Notes under the pieces: model-generated
What the model saw: the letters and a program-made list of their open reading frames with translations, nothing else
The model's database searches: none
Told to the model about the DNA's origin: nothing
Translations under genes and position numbers: made by a program
Assembly: GCF_964204645.1 (NCBI RefSeq)
Contig: NC_134031.1
Coordinates: 7,130,001-7,194,000, forward strand
DNA length: 64,000 nucleotides
Direction of reading: 5' to 3'
Source: Tubulanus polymorphus
Lineage: Eukaryota > Animalia > Nemertea
Shown here: positions 25,401 to 39,100 of the stretch, piece by piece
How the letters are laid out: each line of letters starts with the position of its first letter
How positions within the stretch are numbered: position 1 is the stretch's first letter

Positions 25401-28400
25401 GACCACCTGCAATTGTTGTGAAACAATAACTGTCGAGTCGGCGCGTGGACCGAGCACGCGTTCCACTATCCGAGCGGTTGAACGTTACTATTCAGTTCCG
25501 GTAGGTTTTCATTCTTCTCCCGGCGTCAATAAAAAACCCATACTTGGATACGGCACTCAATCCGTGAATGGCGGCTCATTGTTGGAGCATTATTTTTGTA
25601 AGAACGTAGGGTGCTTGCCGTGACGTTAAGTTCGCAGGTGCCACCAATGAGCCACCGGTTTACGGCGCTCGAACGACCGTCGGTCGGTCGTAGTTTTAAC
25701 GCCGGGCCAACGTCTAGAATACTCGAGCGTTTAGCGCCTTTTAAGAAGCAACATTCGAGTAGCAACATCTCAAGATTGCGCACGAGTTCATCTGTTTGTT
25801 CCACCGTAATAAATCTTATCCGAATAATTGAATGGAATGTTTACCCACCGAAGCTCTCGAAAAATGTATAAAAAGATATTTCTATAGAATTTTTTTTATC
25901 GGTCTTATATTTGTTTTGCAATTTGTGCACGATATCTGATATCCACGAATACGTGAATGGTTTTTAAAAATGTTCGGGGTTTGTTGCGAAACAACGGCGG
26001 CCAACACGACTTCCATTTGAAGTTCTTCAGAAAAGCAGAAACTTCTCTAAAACATCGGGTTCAAGTCGAAAACGAAATCTTTAGAATACGGGGACCTGAT
26101 ATATCTGATCAGTGTAGTCCCGGGCTCTGCGAGTAACACTACTAGCCGGATTAATTAAAATCCTGATTAGATTAATCAGCACGCTACTTGATCCGAATAG
26201 GTTGTTCAAATAACACGTTAGATATTCATAGAAAAACAGTGCTTTTGACCGGATTTTGATGGGCAGCTGGAAAGAGTTGAGTTGCCTGAAGAGCTTTCAT
26301 ATTGTCAGTTTAGCTGGTACATATTGACAGTTGACGTGTATTGAGTACTGTTTCAACTAATATTATCCGTGTATCCGTTCAGCAGGATGATTATATCAAC
26401 CGGACTTAACTTCAAAACGTCGATATTTTAAGTGCTCTATTGAAAAAATTCTATAGTTCAAACATGCTTCAATCCAATTTCATTCTATTCCACCATAGTC
26501 ACAAGGCCTTTGGACGTTTCTTATATATAAGTATTTTGTCGAAATAAATACACCCGCGAAACTACATTCATATTGTTGGTGGTTGACTGTAACGGTCCCT
26601 GTTGCTGATCCGTATAGGTTGGTTGATACACGAGAAAATACGAGAAAACGTAATAAGGCTTGGTTTGATATCTATACTAACTGACTGACTGACTGGCAAC
26701 ATTTTGCAAATATGAAATAGATGATTATTTTGGCATTTGATTGGTTTTGAGTGAACAGTTTAGGTTGATTTGTAATAAGTTTATTTACAACTCCCGACAC
26801 GTATCTTATAATGAAACGAGCGGGGACATCATCTATGTTTATACCCCTCCTTACGCACGGGTACGAAGAAATCGATCCCTTTTCGAACTGCCGCCACAAA
26901 TATCGCGGCATTGTATAAATATCGCCTCCGATTTATCAATCGTAGTAGAAATAAAATCTGCCAGAGTATGAAAGAGAAATGCTTTTACGACGCGATCGAA
27001 TCCTCGGTGGACTTGGCTCATCACGGCTTTTCACTGAGCGAGGGATTCATCACCGCCGTCTCAGTACGTGAATAAATAATACGCCGTTATTGTGGCTAAT
27101 TCTCGAAGGGGCATTTAAAATTATTTATCCTTACTGAGAGAGAGATAAGTGGGCAATGTATAATACGGAGGCTGATCGAAACGGCTAAATGTTGGAAATA
27201 TACCACAGTGGCCTGGCAGTACGATCTATCGAAATCAGTCTGTAATAGTTATTTGGCATCCGGGATATAAGCGCTTTCGAATAAAGTGTAATTAGGGTTT
27301 CCTTTAAAGAGAAATCCCGCGCTGATATAATGAAAGAAAAAGTAGCAAAAGTTTCCTTTCAGCTAGAAATCTATTCATCGACCGTTTCGAGTATATTTAA
27401 TAGTCGGATTCAGGAAGATTCACCATCATTCCTGGATATCGGGCTCAAATGGCTTTCATGGAAAACGTATCTTACAAATTCGACTACTAATCGTTACCAA
27501 ACGCAATGCCGCTAATGAAATATAACAATCTGCCTAGAGTGCGTAGATTCACTGCGTGTACTGCCAGCGCTCTTAAAAAATACAATTAAGATGTGGCACC
27601 AATTGGAAATGTAGTACTATGAATGCGTATGTCGCCGTATTGCGGGACGTTGAACACTGATAAAACCGCGAAGGAGCTGCAATGGTCAATTGGTAGAGTA
27701 AGTGGACCATGGCCATCATATTGGGAGATCGAAATCTCGATTTTTTTCATATATTAGTTTGATTAACTATATGGAAGTCATTTCATATGACGGTAAAACA
27801 TTTCGCAAATCATTCGAATAAATATTGAATTAGTCCAAATAGTTTTTTTTTAACAATCGGGGACATACAAGGTGATAAAGGGTTAACCGGAATAAATCTC
27901 AACTAGAAAAATAATCTCTTCTATCATCATATCAACATAAATTGACGCTAATTCCTTTTTCTAAACTTTCATTAGCTAAATAGAGCGAAATACCGACGTA
28001 TCCTCGAAAACAAACGAAAATAAAACCTTCTGTCGACGTCATAATTAATGCATTCGGTCGATTGTCGAATTCGACGTTTCGTCAATTGTTCGATTTAATC
28101 ACCGAATCGGTCGTAAAAACATAACCGTATGGTTGACACGTCGGTACGACACGCGATTTTTAATACTCATCACTTCTTTCAGACAAAAGTGAATTCTTGC
28201 GGAAATATTCAATGATACGCAAAGAATGATATTTTATTGCCGGCCCTCATGAAATGGGAAGCATCGGCAACCTCAACGTATAAAATGCGCCATTGACTAT
28301 TGTCATAGACCAACTTTTTTATTATTTGTTCCCGAAATGCTTCTCGTATTCTTATATCGCCATTGAACATTCAGCGAACATGAACATATATTGTTTCCAT

Positions 28401-31400
28401 ATTGTTCACTGATAGACACAAGCGTTTTCACTGCTATCGGACAACATAGCTCAGAGATGACCTTCTCAAAACCAGATTTATTTTTAAAGGAAAACTGCGC
28501 CTTACGAAAGGATGTTTGGTCAAAAGTCAAACACAAGAAACACGTGGGCAATCATTATCCGAACTCCAGGTGTTTTTGGTAAGATGTGTCAAATTCCCTG
28601 AGTTTTCCGTGTTTTTTTTCTAGATTTTTTTCTGAGTTTCCCTGAGTTAAATCGTGCCTCTTTCGCATCAACTTCTCTACAAAAATGTCCTTATACGAGT
28701 TGTTAGAATACTGGCTTATTTTGCGGTATCTCTCGACCACATCGTGCATTGCACGTGATCATCAGGAGATCGTTACCAAAGATGAAATGATTTTTTTCCA
28801 TTCCACTCGATATGAAAGAGTTCCCTGTTTCGCTGCAAATCGTGCGTGATCACCAGCAGAGGGTAAACAAAGTTGCATCCTGTGTCGTCTGCCACTGGCG
28901 ACATGCGACATCAAATCCTCGTAGCGGATGTTTACAATGATGAAGGGAAATTGTCAATGTCGTTTGGCGAGTAATCTAAATTAATGACTCGTAGGAAACT
29001 AAATACTCGCTAATAGATGATCGTTCGATACAATAAAACACAACTCCCGGGAATAACAACGATATAACTCACTCTGGAGTAGCCGGCAGATGATTCTACT
29101 CTGGGGAACCGAATTGGATGTCTTATTTCAGACACTGTTTTTCAGCGAGCTGTTTTAGCAACTCGGAAAGGCTGAAAAACCAATTGATTCTAATTCATAT
29201 TATTTCCTTGATAATGATGATAATAATGATAAGATTTGTATAGCGCGATAATTCCATGCAAAAAAGCTCAAAAGTTCAAATTCCAGGATCCAGTTCCACA
29301 GTTCTGAGTTAAGATTTGACTTTGAGTTTGACTCTCAATAAACTAATTTTAAATCGGAGTTAACTCTGACTCACAACGGTGGAACCGGATCTAGGGTGAC
29401 ATCAAGGTATGTATGGGATAGTTGAGTTTTGATCGTGGATTTTAATTCATTCAGCGTCAAATTGAGAACGGTTGGTGTTTTTAGAGGAATTCCAGGTTCG
29501 CGGTGCTTGTCTCGAAAAATCTCTACTGGCAAAATTTGCGAGATTGAAGGAGGGTTCAACCAGTTTGAAATTTTTCAGAGGATCGAAGAGAACGTGTTGG
29601 ATTGTAATACTCGAATAGCTCGCTAATATACATTGACGCACGATCGGTAAGGGCCTTAAAAGTCATCACACAGTACAGGAGTGACGTGAGAATGTTTTGG
29701 TAAACGAACGTCATCGGTTTAATCATTGGTAGTTTTTCTCTTTAAATTTTGGAACCGCTTTGGCAGATTTAAATCTATATGGGATAGGTTATTTGGAATG
29801 CATTTTAGAGATCTTTATTCTTCTATCCTGCCTTTCCTTGTAATGAAGTGCCTAAGACCTCGTGTGGTTCGTCCAGAAAAAAAACACGGGTGACCTCGAT
29901 GAGCGATGCAAGTGTTATTATATCATAATCTCTCAGGTTGACTCCAGGGTCTAAAGCGAGCGAACAACACTTTCGCTAATTATTCCTAAAGCGTGATTTT
30001 CATATCATTAGTCGAGAATGATTCTTTAATTTCGCGCCACACCCTCCTACATATTATATCTAACCGAACGCTACACGGATAATGCATTTGAATGCGATCG
30101 AGTCGTCACATCCTGCGTATGCGCCAATAATGTCAAATTGTCCTTCCGTTCGCCAACGATCCGCGCTCTCAAAAACATGTCGCTATTGACGTCATCTCCG
30201 AGATACGCGAATAGAAACGCGGAGGAAATTGATAAGCATTTTGCGCCCGCGCGTGATTTCCGAATAACGTTCTCGACTGAATTTAGAAACTTTGCAGTAA
30301 ACTTAGAAACTTTATATCACACTCGAAAATTTGTGGATTGGAAATTTTTCAGATGCTAGTCACGAAAAATTAATCATTATGGAAATTAAATTTTACTCAG
30401 AAGATATCGAAATATATCCATATGGGTAAACACTTTTTGGAATTGTTTTTCGGGTTGAATACGGGGAGAGAGCCGGGAGGTGAATATTGGATCGTGAGAT
30501 TGATGAAGATTAGTAGAAGTCGACACACGTGTCGACAGCCAGATCGACAAGTCGACCCCGGGTAGAAATGCAATTCGCTTCTAAACCCCAGGTATAAATC
30601 CTATATACTGTGTAATACAGCCGTATTGACATCCGCTCGCATCCGCTAATCCGATTACGGCTACTCGCCTGCCAGAGACTCATTCTCCATACTCGCAAAC
30701 CACTGGCAAAAATAGCGTATAGCTGGTAATTACAGGAAATTATCCGAACACGACCTGAATTGTTCAAATGTCACGTTTTCGCTTCAATTCAACATTTCAT
30801 ATCCATGGAAAACTAACTCTGTTTTTGAAACTGCCGCTGACAATGAAATGTGTGTCGTATCTGAACCGACGGCAGGTCATAGAGCTGGCTCTCATTGTTA
30901 CAGCGTATTTGAGTTTGTGTTCCGGGTTTGTTTATTTTATAAATTCAATCAATTTGTCGAGCATCCCATTACGCCGGAATGACACTGCAACCTAAACACG
31001 CTCTACTGATCAGCGCGATGGAGTTAGATTTGCATTGTCCCGGCATCCTACATTAAGCAAACGACTCGCATTGTCTGCGGAATCCAATGGACCTGCAACA
31101 TCCCGTCTATTGTATCTATAGGGACATTTTAATTGCATCTTTTAACAGTTTTAATGGATATGTTAGAGATCCCACTTGACTAAAACTCCATGCTCTCTAT
31201 AGCTCGGTCTCTCTCTCTTTCTCGAACTCTCTAATTGCCACGTTTTCAAAGCTAAATCATTTAAATATTTGTCATCAAATAGATGCTATTCTACTGTGTT
31301 CTATCCGCACTCATACATTGATTCTATAGCAAAAGTATAGGGATTATACTCGAAAGCACCAGGTTTTTTATTTAAAATTATTTGCAGTCAAATCACTCCC

Positions 31401-34400
31401 TTTTCATCTGTATGACTCCAAATGTGCGGGCAGCTTCACAGTTCTGAGTTATATATCGAATTCATAGTCGAATATTTAGTTCATTTTAACTATTCATTTA
31501 ACATTGAGTCAAATTCGAACTGAAAACTGTGGAAGTCGAAGTAATACTCTGATGAATTGAAGCAGGGTCCGCTGCAGTATTGCGTGGCTTTTTTTTTCTT
31601 TTGTCTTATAATTCGACCCAACGACTCTCTCAAATCGGCCTATGTTCGAAACAGTCGCACCGGGTCTCCTTTCGAAATGTTTTTGAAAATCGCACATATC
31701 ATTTATAACCTATATCCTACTTAGCCATCATTACAAGCGTTCTGAAGTTCATCCAGTATAGATGCACTTTTGATCCGGAATATTTTTTAATAGAAAAGGC
31801 CAACGTGTGGCAACATTTCGACAAAAGCAGATTCAGTTGAATCCGGTGCTGTAAACACGCACGTGTTCGATCGGGGGACTGATTAGAATTATTCACGGAG
31901 ACGGTTTTTTTAAATAAACAACAGGTATAAAGTTACCATCAAAGAGAAATGATAGAGCGTATATAGCGCGTGTGACCTCACATCCGGTATCGCGAGTCGA
32001 GTAACTTCCGGTTGGAAATGCGCCATTTCCCCGAGTGTTCGGCGGGGATGATCTATTGTTAGTTGAGATATTCGTGATTAATAAAACACGTCGGATATCG
32101 GTGCTTTTAGTCCAGATCATTATGATTACGTTAATAGCGATGATGCCGGTTTCGATACAATCAAGCTGAGTGTAATAGCGCCGGCGCTCTAACAGTCAAC
32201 TCCCGTCCGGTCTAAACATAACACCTTTTTGTTGTACGGCAGTAATTTTCAATAAGAGCGGATAGTTTTTCAGACCAAACTTGCCGTAGTCGATCTTAAG
32301 AATAGAATATATCACTTTAAACTAATGCGACATATATTTGTATCGATGATTTCATTTTGATCGAAGTAAAATGCCGCAGGGCTTCTTCAGTATCAAACGA
32401 ATATCAATTACTTACCGACTATCAACGAGTATCTCATTCAGAGCGACAGATTTTTCATCTGTGGTATTGGAAAGGTTTTAGAGTGTAAAAATTATCGTTT
32501 ATATTTAGATCTGATAAACGTATCGAAGTCATTATTTTGATTAAAAATCTCAGTCTAAATCTCAAATATATTGACGTACAAACTCAATTAGTTACTTTAA
32601 ACATGATTTCCATTTCGTTTATTGAAATTTTCTGTTATCTCATTATCTAGTCTGCATAAGTGAAATTTGACCAGTTAACCTCTTAAGCGAAACGAATCTA
32701 CAATATTTTTCTTAAAGTAAATTAAGCATTTATTTCGGACGATTTGTTCAGTTGAGAGTATTCTAGTTACAAGTTTATCAACACTGCATAGCATAGTTCT
32801 CCTTTTTGTGGAGCTGATTTAATCAGTTCATTATGAAAATTGCAATATCATCAACCGAATTCTTTAACTTCATGAAAATCTCTTTCTATATAGTTAAACC
32901 CCCTTTCAATTCGACATGCGCATCACACGCAATATCAATTAACCAGCCCACAGGTTGCATATTCTACGACAAACAACTTGTTTATCATCACCTGTACGTT
33001 AGAAACTGTCGAGCCACCTGATGCAAGTTGATGCCGTAATAAATTCAACTGTAAAATACTTTCAAAATGAAATTAGATTTATTACGTTAATGGACCGAGC
33101 GCTTCGCCCGAGGTGACGTCAAATGCAAACTCCGCTCTCCGCGGCGTTAGCGTTGCGACGGCTTTTATAATCTGGTGCATACTTCCTGACACCTTAGTCT
33201 TCCTAACTGTCTCTGGCTCCATTAGTTGATTGCGTCTTTTCTATCTGCGGATAAAAGCGACTACAAACTGGTGATAACTGACTCCACCGTGAACAGCAGT
33301 GTCGTTTATCCGCAACTGATGAGATATCCGTCTATAAGGGCTAATAGAACCTACCACCAATTCAGCAAAGTGGACCGGAGGGTATATAAAAAATAATGCC
33401 ACTCTTTCGCATCGCAACATCAAAAACAATAATACGAAATCCGTCCTAATGAAACTCGATACAGTAACAATAAAACAGGAGAAAACTCCACACTCTCGCA
33501 AAATCTCTCGCGTTACCGCACGCTAGTCACGTGGCACCGGCGAATTCGCGTACCTTATTATCCCGCGGGGTGCGTGCGATCAAAAACTCACGTCAATATT
33601 ATGGCTGTCTTGTGACTGCAAATCCGGCCCTGGGGCCGTGAGCTGACGGGTCTCAACTAGGCCCCGGGGCGACGACGTGTGGCCTAGCAGTAACTGATAA
33701 TATCAGACCCGGAAATGAACCCATCAAATCTTCATTAAGACACAATAGAACTAAACGAAACATAGTGAGAAATCTTTGCAACTGTGAATATTTTAATGAT
33801 AATACCGCGTGATAAATTTTCGTCGGTTCGTGTTTCGATTGATCGGGCCGAACTTTCTTTCTTGCACTCCATTTCCGAGGATATTTCAGGGAGAACAAAG
33901 TGCGCCGAAATCATCTCCATCCGACCGATACCAAAACCTCAGCAACATGCTGAATATGACGCGATAACACACATCAATTATTGTAGAGTTTCCTATGGAA
34001 CGCCATCCTAGCAAAAACTCCTACATCGCATTTAAACAACGTACTCGCAATCTTACAACCAACTCGCAATATTGTACAACCAACTCGCAATCTTACAACC
34101 AAAGTTGAATTTCTTGCAGTATGCCGTCATCGTAAACCAGGTGGCGCTGCGGTGAATTTTTCTTTCTGAAGTTTCCATTTTTATCTTCATCCTCGGACCA
34201 GTCGCACAGTCATGGCATAGACTTACGACCAGTCTATGTCCAACTTAGTTCTGTGGTAGCCAATGTAACAATTTAAGACCAATCTTACGATTCAAGGCCA
34301 CTTTTGGGCCACACAACTGTGCAACCGGCCCCTGGTATACATGTATGTGTGAAGCGCCTTTATTCAGTATGCTCTTCTATTGTTATCTCTTTTTCACTTC

Positions 34401-36052
34401 TCTGTTATTTCCCCCTCCTTTCTTTTTTTCTCCCTTTGTTGTTTTGCTTTTTTTCTTTCATTCTCATTCATCAGGGGTCTGGGCCACAAAGTATACATCC
34501 ATTGGCTTGCCGGGGTCCTTCGTTGAGTCAAAATGTACAGAATATTGCATATGTTTATATTGATATTATCATCATTGATACGATGAGAAATGAATTCATT
34601 TATTCGTATTTGTGGATTAAAACCATATCATCATCTAGCTTTCGGGAATGAGCGATCGCTGCGCGAATAGACAATTATGCGTGAATTGGTCGCTGTCAGT
34701 TGGCGGATGAATATTTAATGCGACCATATGTTGATGCCGTGTGATGACGTCACGGTACATTGATTTTACCGTGGTCCATTCATCCAACCGTGGAAGACAA
34801 CCGCGTTCCCAATTCACTATAATACATAGTATTATAGTATATTTCTCTGCGGTAAATTTCAATTTGGATATTTCAGTATACCGTCAACAGAGACTGAATT
34901 ATTAAACTGGTCAAAAATCAACCCATCGCATTCTCGCATTTTCCGAACACGTGTAACAGATCACCCGAGCGACTGAACCGATGAGGAAAATGTACCGTTT
35001 TAGATTATTGCCACAATGAAAAACCTATCATTAACGTGCCTTCAAATTCCAGCGGCGATAGTTACAAACAAGGCCTATCTTGATGTTATCGCAACTTTTG
35101 TTGATAACAACTGAAGATAAAGGAATACGCGAAAAATGGCCTACACATTGATAGCTAAAATGGGATATGAATTGTATGATAACTCTTCAAAAACTAAATA
35201 GCAAGATTTATCGTTCAAAGAATTAAAAACGGATAACATGACGTTTCGAAATCTCGCTCCAGATTTACAGTCCCTTGCGATGATCTCTAGTGAGAGTTCG
35301 AGACGTCGTACCCTCCGTTGTTAACTTATTGAATAATGAATTTCGCTTTCAAAATTTTCTTCGAAATTTCAAAATTTGTACATAGTGGGTTCTCATAATA
35401 TAGTCTAATCTCTGCGTTTGGGTGTGGCTGGAACTTGATGTGAAAAACTCTTCTCAGGTTCCTTTTTCAAAAACTATACAGCTGTATATAGTTGAGATGA
35501 GTAATTGTGCCCGATTTGTCCACATCCGCGCTATATAAAGGGGTAATTTACCGTGAAAATACTTGTCAAATACATAAAAACAACAGCAAATTAACCGTGA
35601 ACGAGCCTGTCAAATTTTCGACATACTTAAAATTGATAATATAGTTTTCTCGATAGAATCAGTGGCGTGGATTTTTTTTGAAGTGACAGAAGGAAAATAA
35701 ATGACTGGTGACCAGAACAGAATGATGCATAGGGCTGGTCGTCTGCGTCTGATCAATGAACCGTTAAGTCACCGGACGAGAAATGAGTTGATCGTCAAGA
35801 CAGCGAACTATTCTTTAAAGTATACGAACGATTGATGAGAGTTTAGTAGCGGGCGAAATGGCTTATTAATCCCGCATCAGATATCATCAATCATTCATCG
35901 GTTATACTTCAATTTAGCGCCATTAAAGCACCGCGCAGACGGCCGATGCATAAAACCACCAAAATGTACATAATGTACTAATCAATGAGATAAGATGAAA
36001 GGAGAAACTTTTAAGAGATATTATTATTATTATCTTAGATACTTTTAAGAGC

Positions 36053-36133
<81 letters not shown>

Positions 36134-39100
36134 TATTAATATTATTATTATTATCATTAACACCTTATTTTTATTCATCCTTGCACGTTCATTACACTGG
36201 GGCATCTCGCCTCAGGACTTGTAGCTGTATACAGCTTTAAACCTTGCTTGGTGTCCCTCTCCATATTGTTAATCAACTATTCAATATATATTGTTAATTA
36301 TTAAAAAAACTTTTTTTGGAGAAAATAAATCATATCATATCATAGTTGACGTACTTATTGCTAATAACATGGTAAACATCGTCCATTCTGAATCTGGACT
36401 GTCTGCTAATTTATAGAAGAATGAATAGGAAGCCATGTATTTATTATGGCAATTGAGTTCTGGGCCAGAATGTATTCATTGTGTTTTGCATTGATTTTTA
36501 AAATTTATTTTGATTAATGAAATTCATTTGTATCTAAAAAGCAGTTAAGGTTCTACATGATTTCTTCGCGTTGGAAGTTATAAAGTCCCTCTCGCTCGAC
36601 GTGTAGAATATGGTGAATATGGTTGGATTGATTTCATCTTATTTGGTACAACGCATGGTTCGACAAATTTTAAATTCCGCGATTTTTTTCCATATATACT
36701 AATGGGCACTGACCTGTTATACATTTAAGACCTTTTGAAACTCATCCCCAAGGCTCTATTTTGTTTTCGAAATCTTCCAAGGGACCCAGTACGTATCCAA
36801 CAACGTTCACGCTATGTGTACTGAAACTGTAGTTATAAGCTGTTTGCCTGCTTGTACCTGTCTGCAGAACCCTGTTGTGTGTATCAAAGTTTTAATCCGA
36901 TTCTCCATTCGTATATTTCTGTATTATGGGGTACATATGTGATTGTAATCACGAGTTGCCCACAACAAAGAGCCTGAGCCGGTTCGGTTGTGATATAATT
37001 TTTCGGCGAGGATGCAACTGCTTCTGCTCTGCTTCGAATAGTAACTATGCAGACAATACGTGATTACCTTTCAATCCATAAACCCGAAGCAAAAATAATC
37101 CGATTGTCTCTCTCACCCGACCACCCGTATCATCAAACCGAAACTCGAGTTGTAGGTTGCAAACAGATAATGCCGTATAAGAATTAAGTCACTGTTAAGT
37201 CACGTCTAATAAGAGTTGTACCTTTCGAATATAAATTGTCCTGCAATTACTTAGGCTGCAAATACATTTTTTTTCCATGTGAAAATGGATTTTTGTGTAG
37301 TATTTTTGTGTTCCGTTTTTTTCTCTTATAGTCTTTGCACGTTTTATACGAAATAGAGACTTATTATAAATTATCATTATTACTATTATCATTATTATTA
37401 TTATTATTATGACTTATTTTGGCTCGATACAGATTGGTGATGAAGATTTTGCCTTCCGTTCTATTGGGCCTGTGATAAGGCAAGAAGTTCCCGATTATCT
37501 TTATTTTAAGCAGTTTTCTATGTAGATATAGCATATCATTTTTGTTTTTGCTATAGCGTCTACCACCCTGCGTTATTCGAACGGTCAATCATTCGTAGAT
37601 ACATGTATAACATCTAACCCAGAGGTGAGGCGTCCACAAAATCTCTAGGCAAAAATCTAGGACAAGTGATCAACAATATTTGACAATAACGATCAATGGT
37701 TTGCGCCGACTTACGCTGAAAAATCTTCGAACTTTTCTTTTGACTGTGCGCATCGTCTTAAAGATCGCGAAGTTTCATTAATGATCGATAGAAAACTCAG
37801 TGTTTTAACCCATTTCGTCGCGATTATCGGGTCGTATCCTTTCGGCAGTAGTTGCAATGGAAACCGGCGACAAGTTTCCGTCGGAAAACTCTCAGCTTTA
37901 TCGCGTACGTAAAGAAATTCATGCAGAATACTAACTGACGAGGAACCGTCAGTATCTTTGACAGAAACGGCCACAGCATAGTCGTAAAGAAGTGAATGGT
38001 AGGGATTATACTCGCGTGGATTTTGAAGCCGTTTACTCGATACGCCAACAGAAAAATCAAACTTCCCAATTTGTAATATCACTCGCAGATAGCGTACGGC
38101 ATAACAAGTACCATATAAACATTAACTACAAGAAATAGGGTTTTATTGGCCTCGGTTTTATGACGACTGCTGGTGCGAACTGAGACATCAATACGTGTTT
38201 TACTTCCTCGGCGAATTCTAGCAGTTGCCACTGATACTATAACTACAATTATAGCAGGGACTATATCCCGAAAAAATACCGCAATAGATCTATATGTGTC
38301 CATAGCCTCGCGGGGTAACAAACTATTGCAGTAAATATTCTTCCATACGTGGTTGAATAAGACATATTTTTGAGTGGTAATTCGCATTATTGGCAAATGC
38401 CAGTTAAAAGAGAATGACCAAACAACTACAATAAATATGGCGTACATCCGTCGAGTATCGGTGAAATGTTTCATGTGAAAAAAAGGAAAACGAACGGAGA
38501 CAAATCTTTCGATAGAAATCACAACAACTATAAAATTTGACACAGAAATGGCTTGATCTTTCAACAAATTCTCAATGAAGCACATCGGAATCGTTTCTTC
38601 TATCGTTCTGTAAAAATAGTGCCAATAGTAGTAGATTGATGGACATTCTATGCCCCCTTTAAGGCTAAAGTTAGCCGAACCTTTACATCCTGGATGAAAC
38701 CCTAATTGATAGATAACGTAAGTCATCATTGTGTTGGCAAATTTTCTTAGACCAAACACCACAACAAGTTGATCCGAAAACGCGAGAGTTATGAGATACG
38801 GGAACGTGTAACGAACCGACTGATATTTTCGACAATTTAACAGTAAGATGATTGTCAGAAAGTTGAACACGCTTCCCAGTGGATATATGTACAGTTCCTT
38901 AGCAATTCTGACTTGCGTATAAACGTCATAATAACGAAGAAATTGAATAAAAACCCCAATGAACGGCGGTGTTGGCGACACAAATATCCCTGGTGGTCTA
39001 GAAGTAAAATTTCGCATCGTAAAACCGTACACCTTTGAAACGTGGAGGTCGATAGTATGCTATATCTCTGAAGATAATTACAGGAATGCGCCACTGTGTT

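Noticed and set aside
27673-27740. Possible tRNA gene
   Set aside because: A and B boxes are degenerate and no acceptor or anticodon stems form; treated as a SINE remnant.
34023-34101. Repeat array as a possible CRISPR
   Set aside because: Head-to-tail units with no spacers, in a eukaryotic context.
37711-38082. 123-aa ORF as a frameshifted GPCR C-terminus
   Set aside because: The TM7/helix-8 motif is in the other frame (37824-38069), which is in frame with the main ORF.
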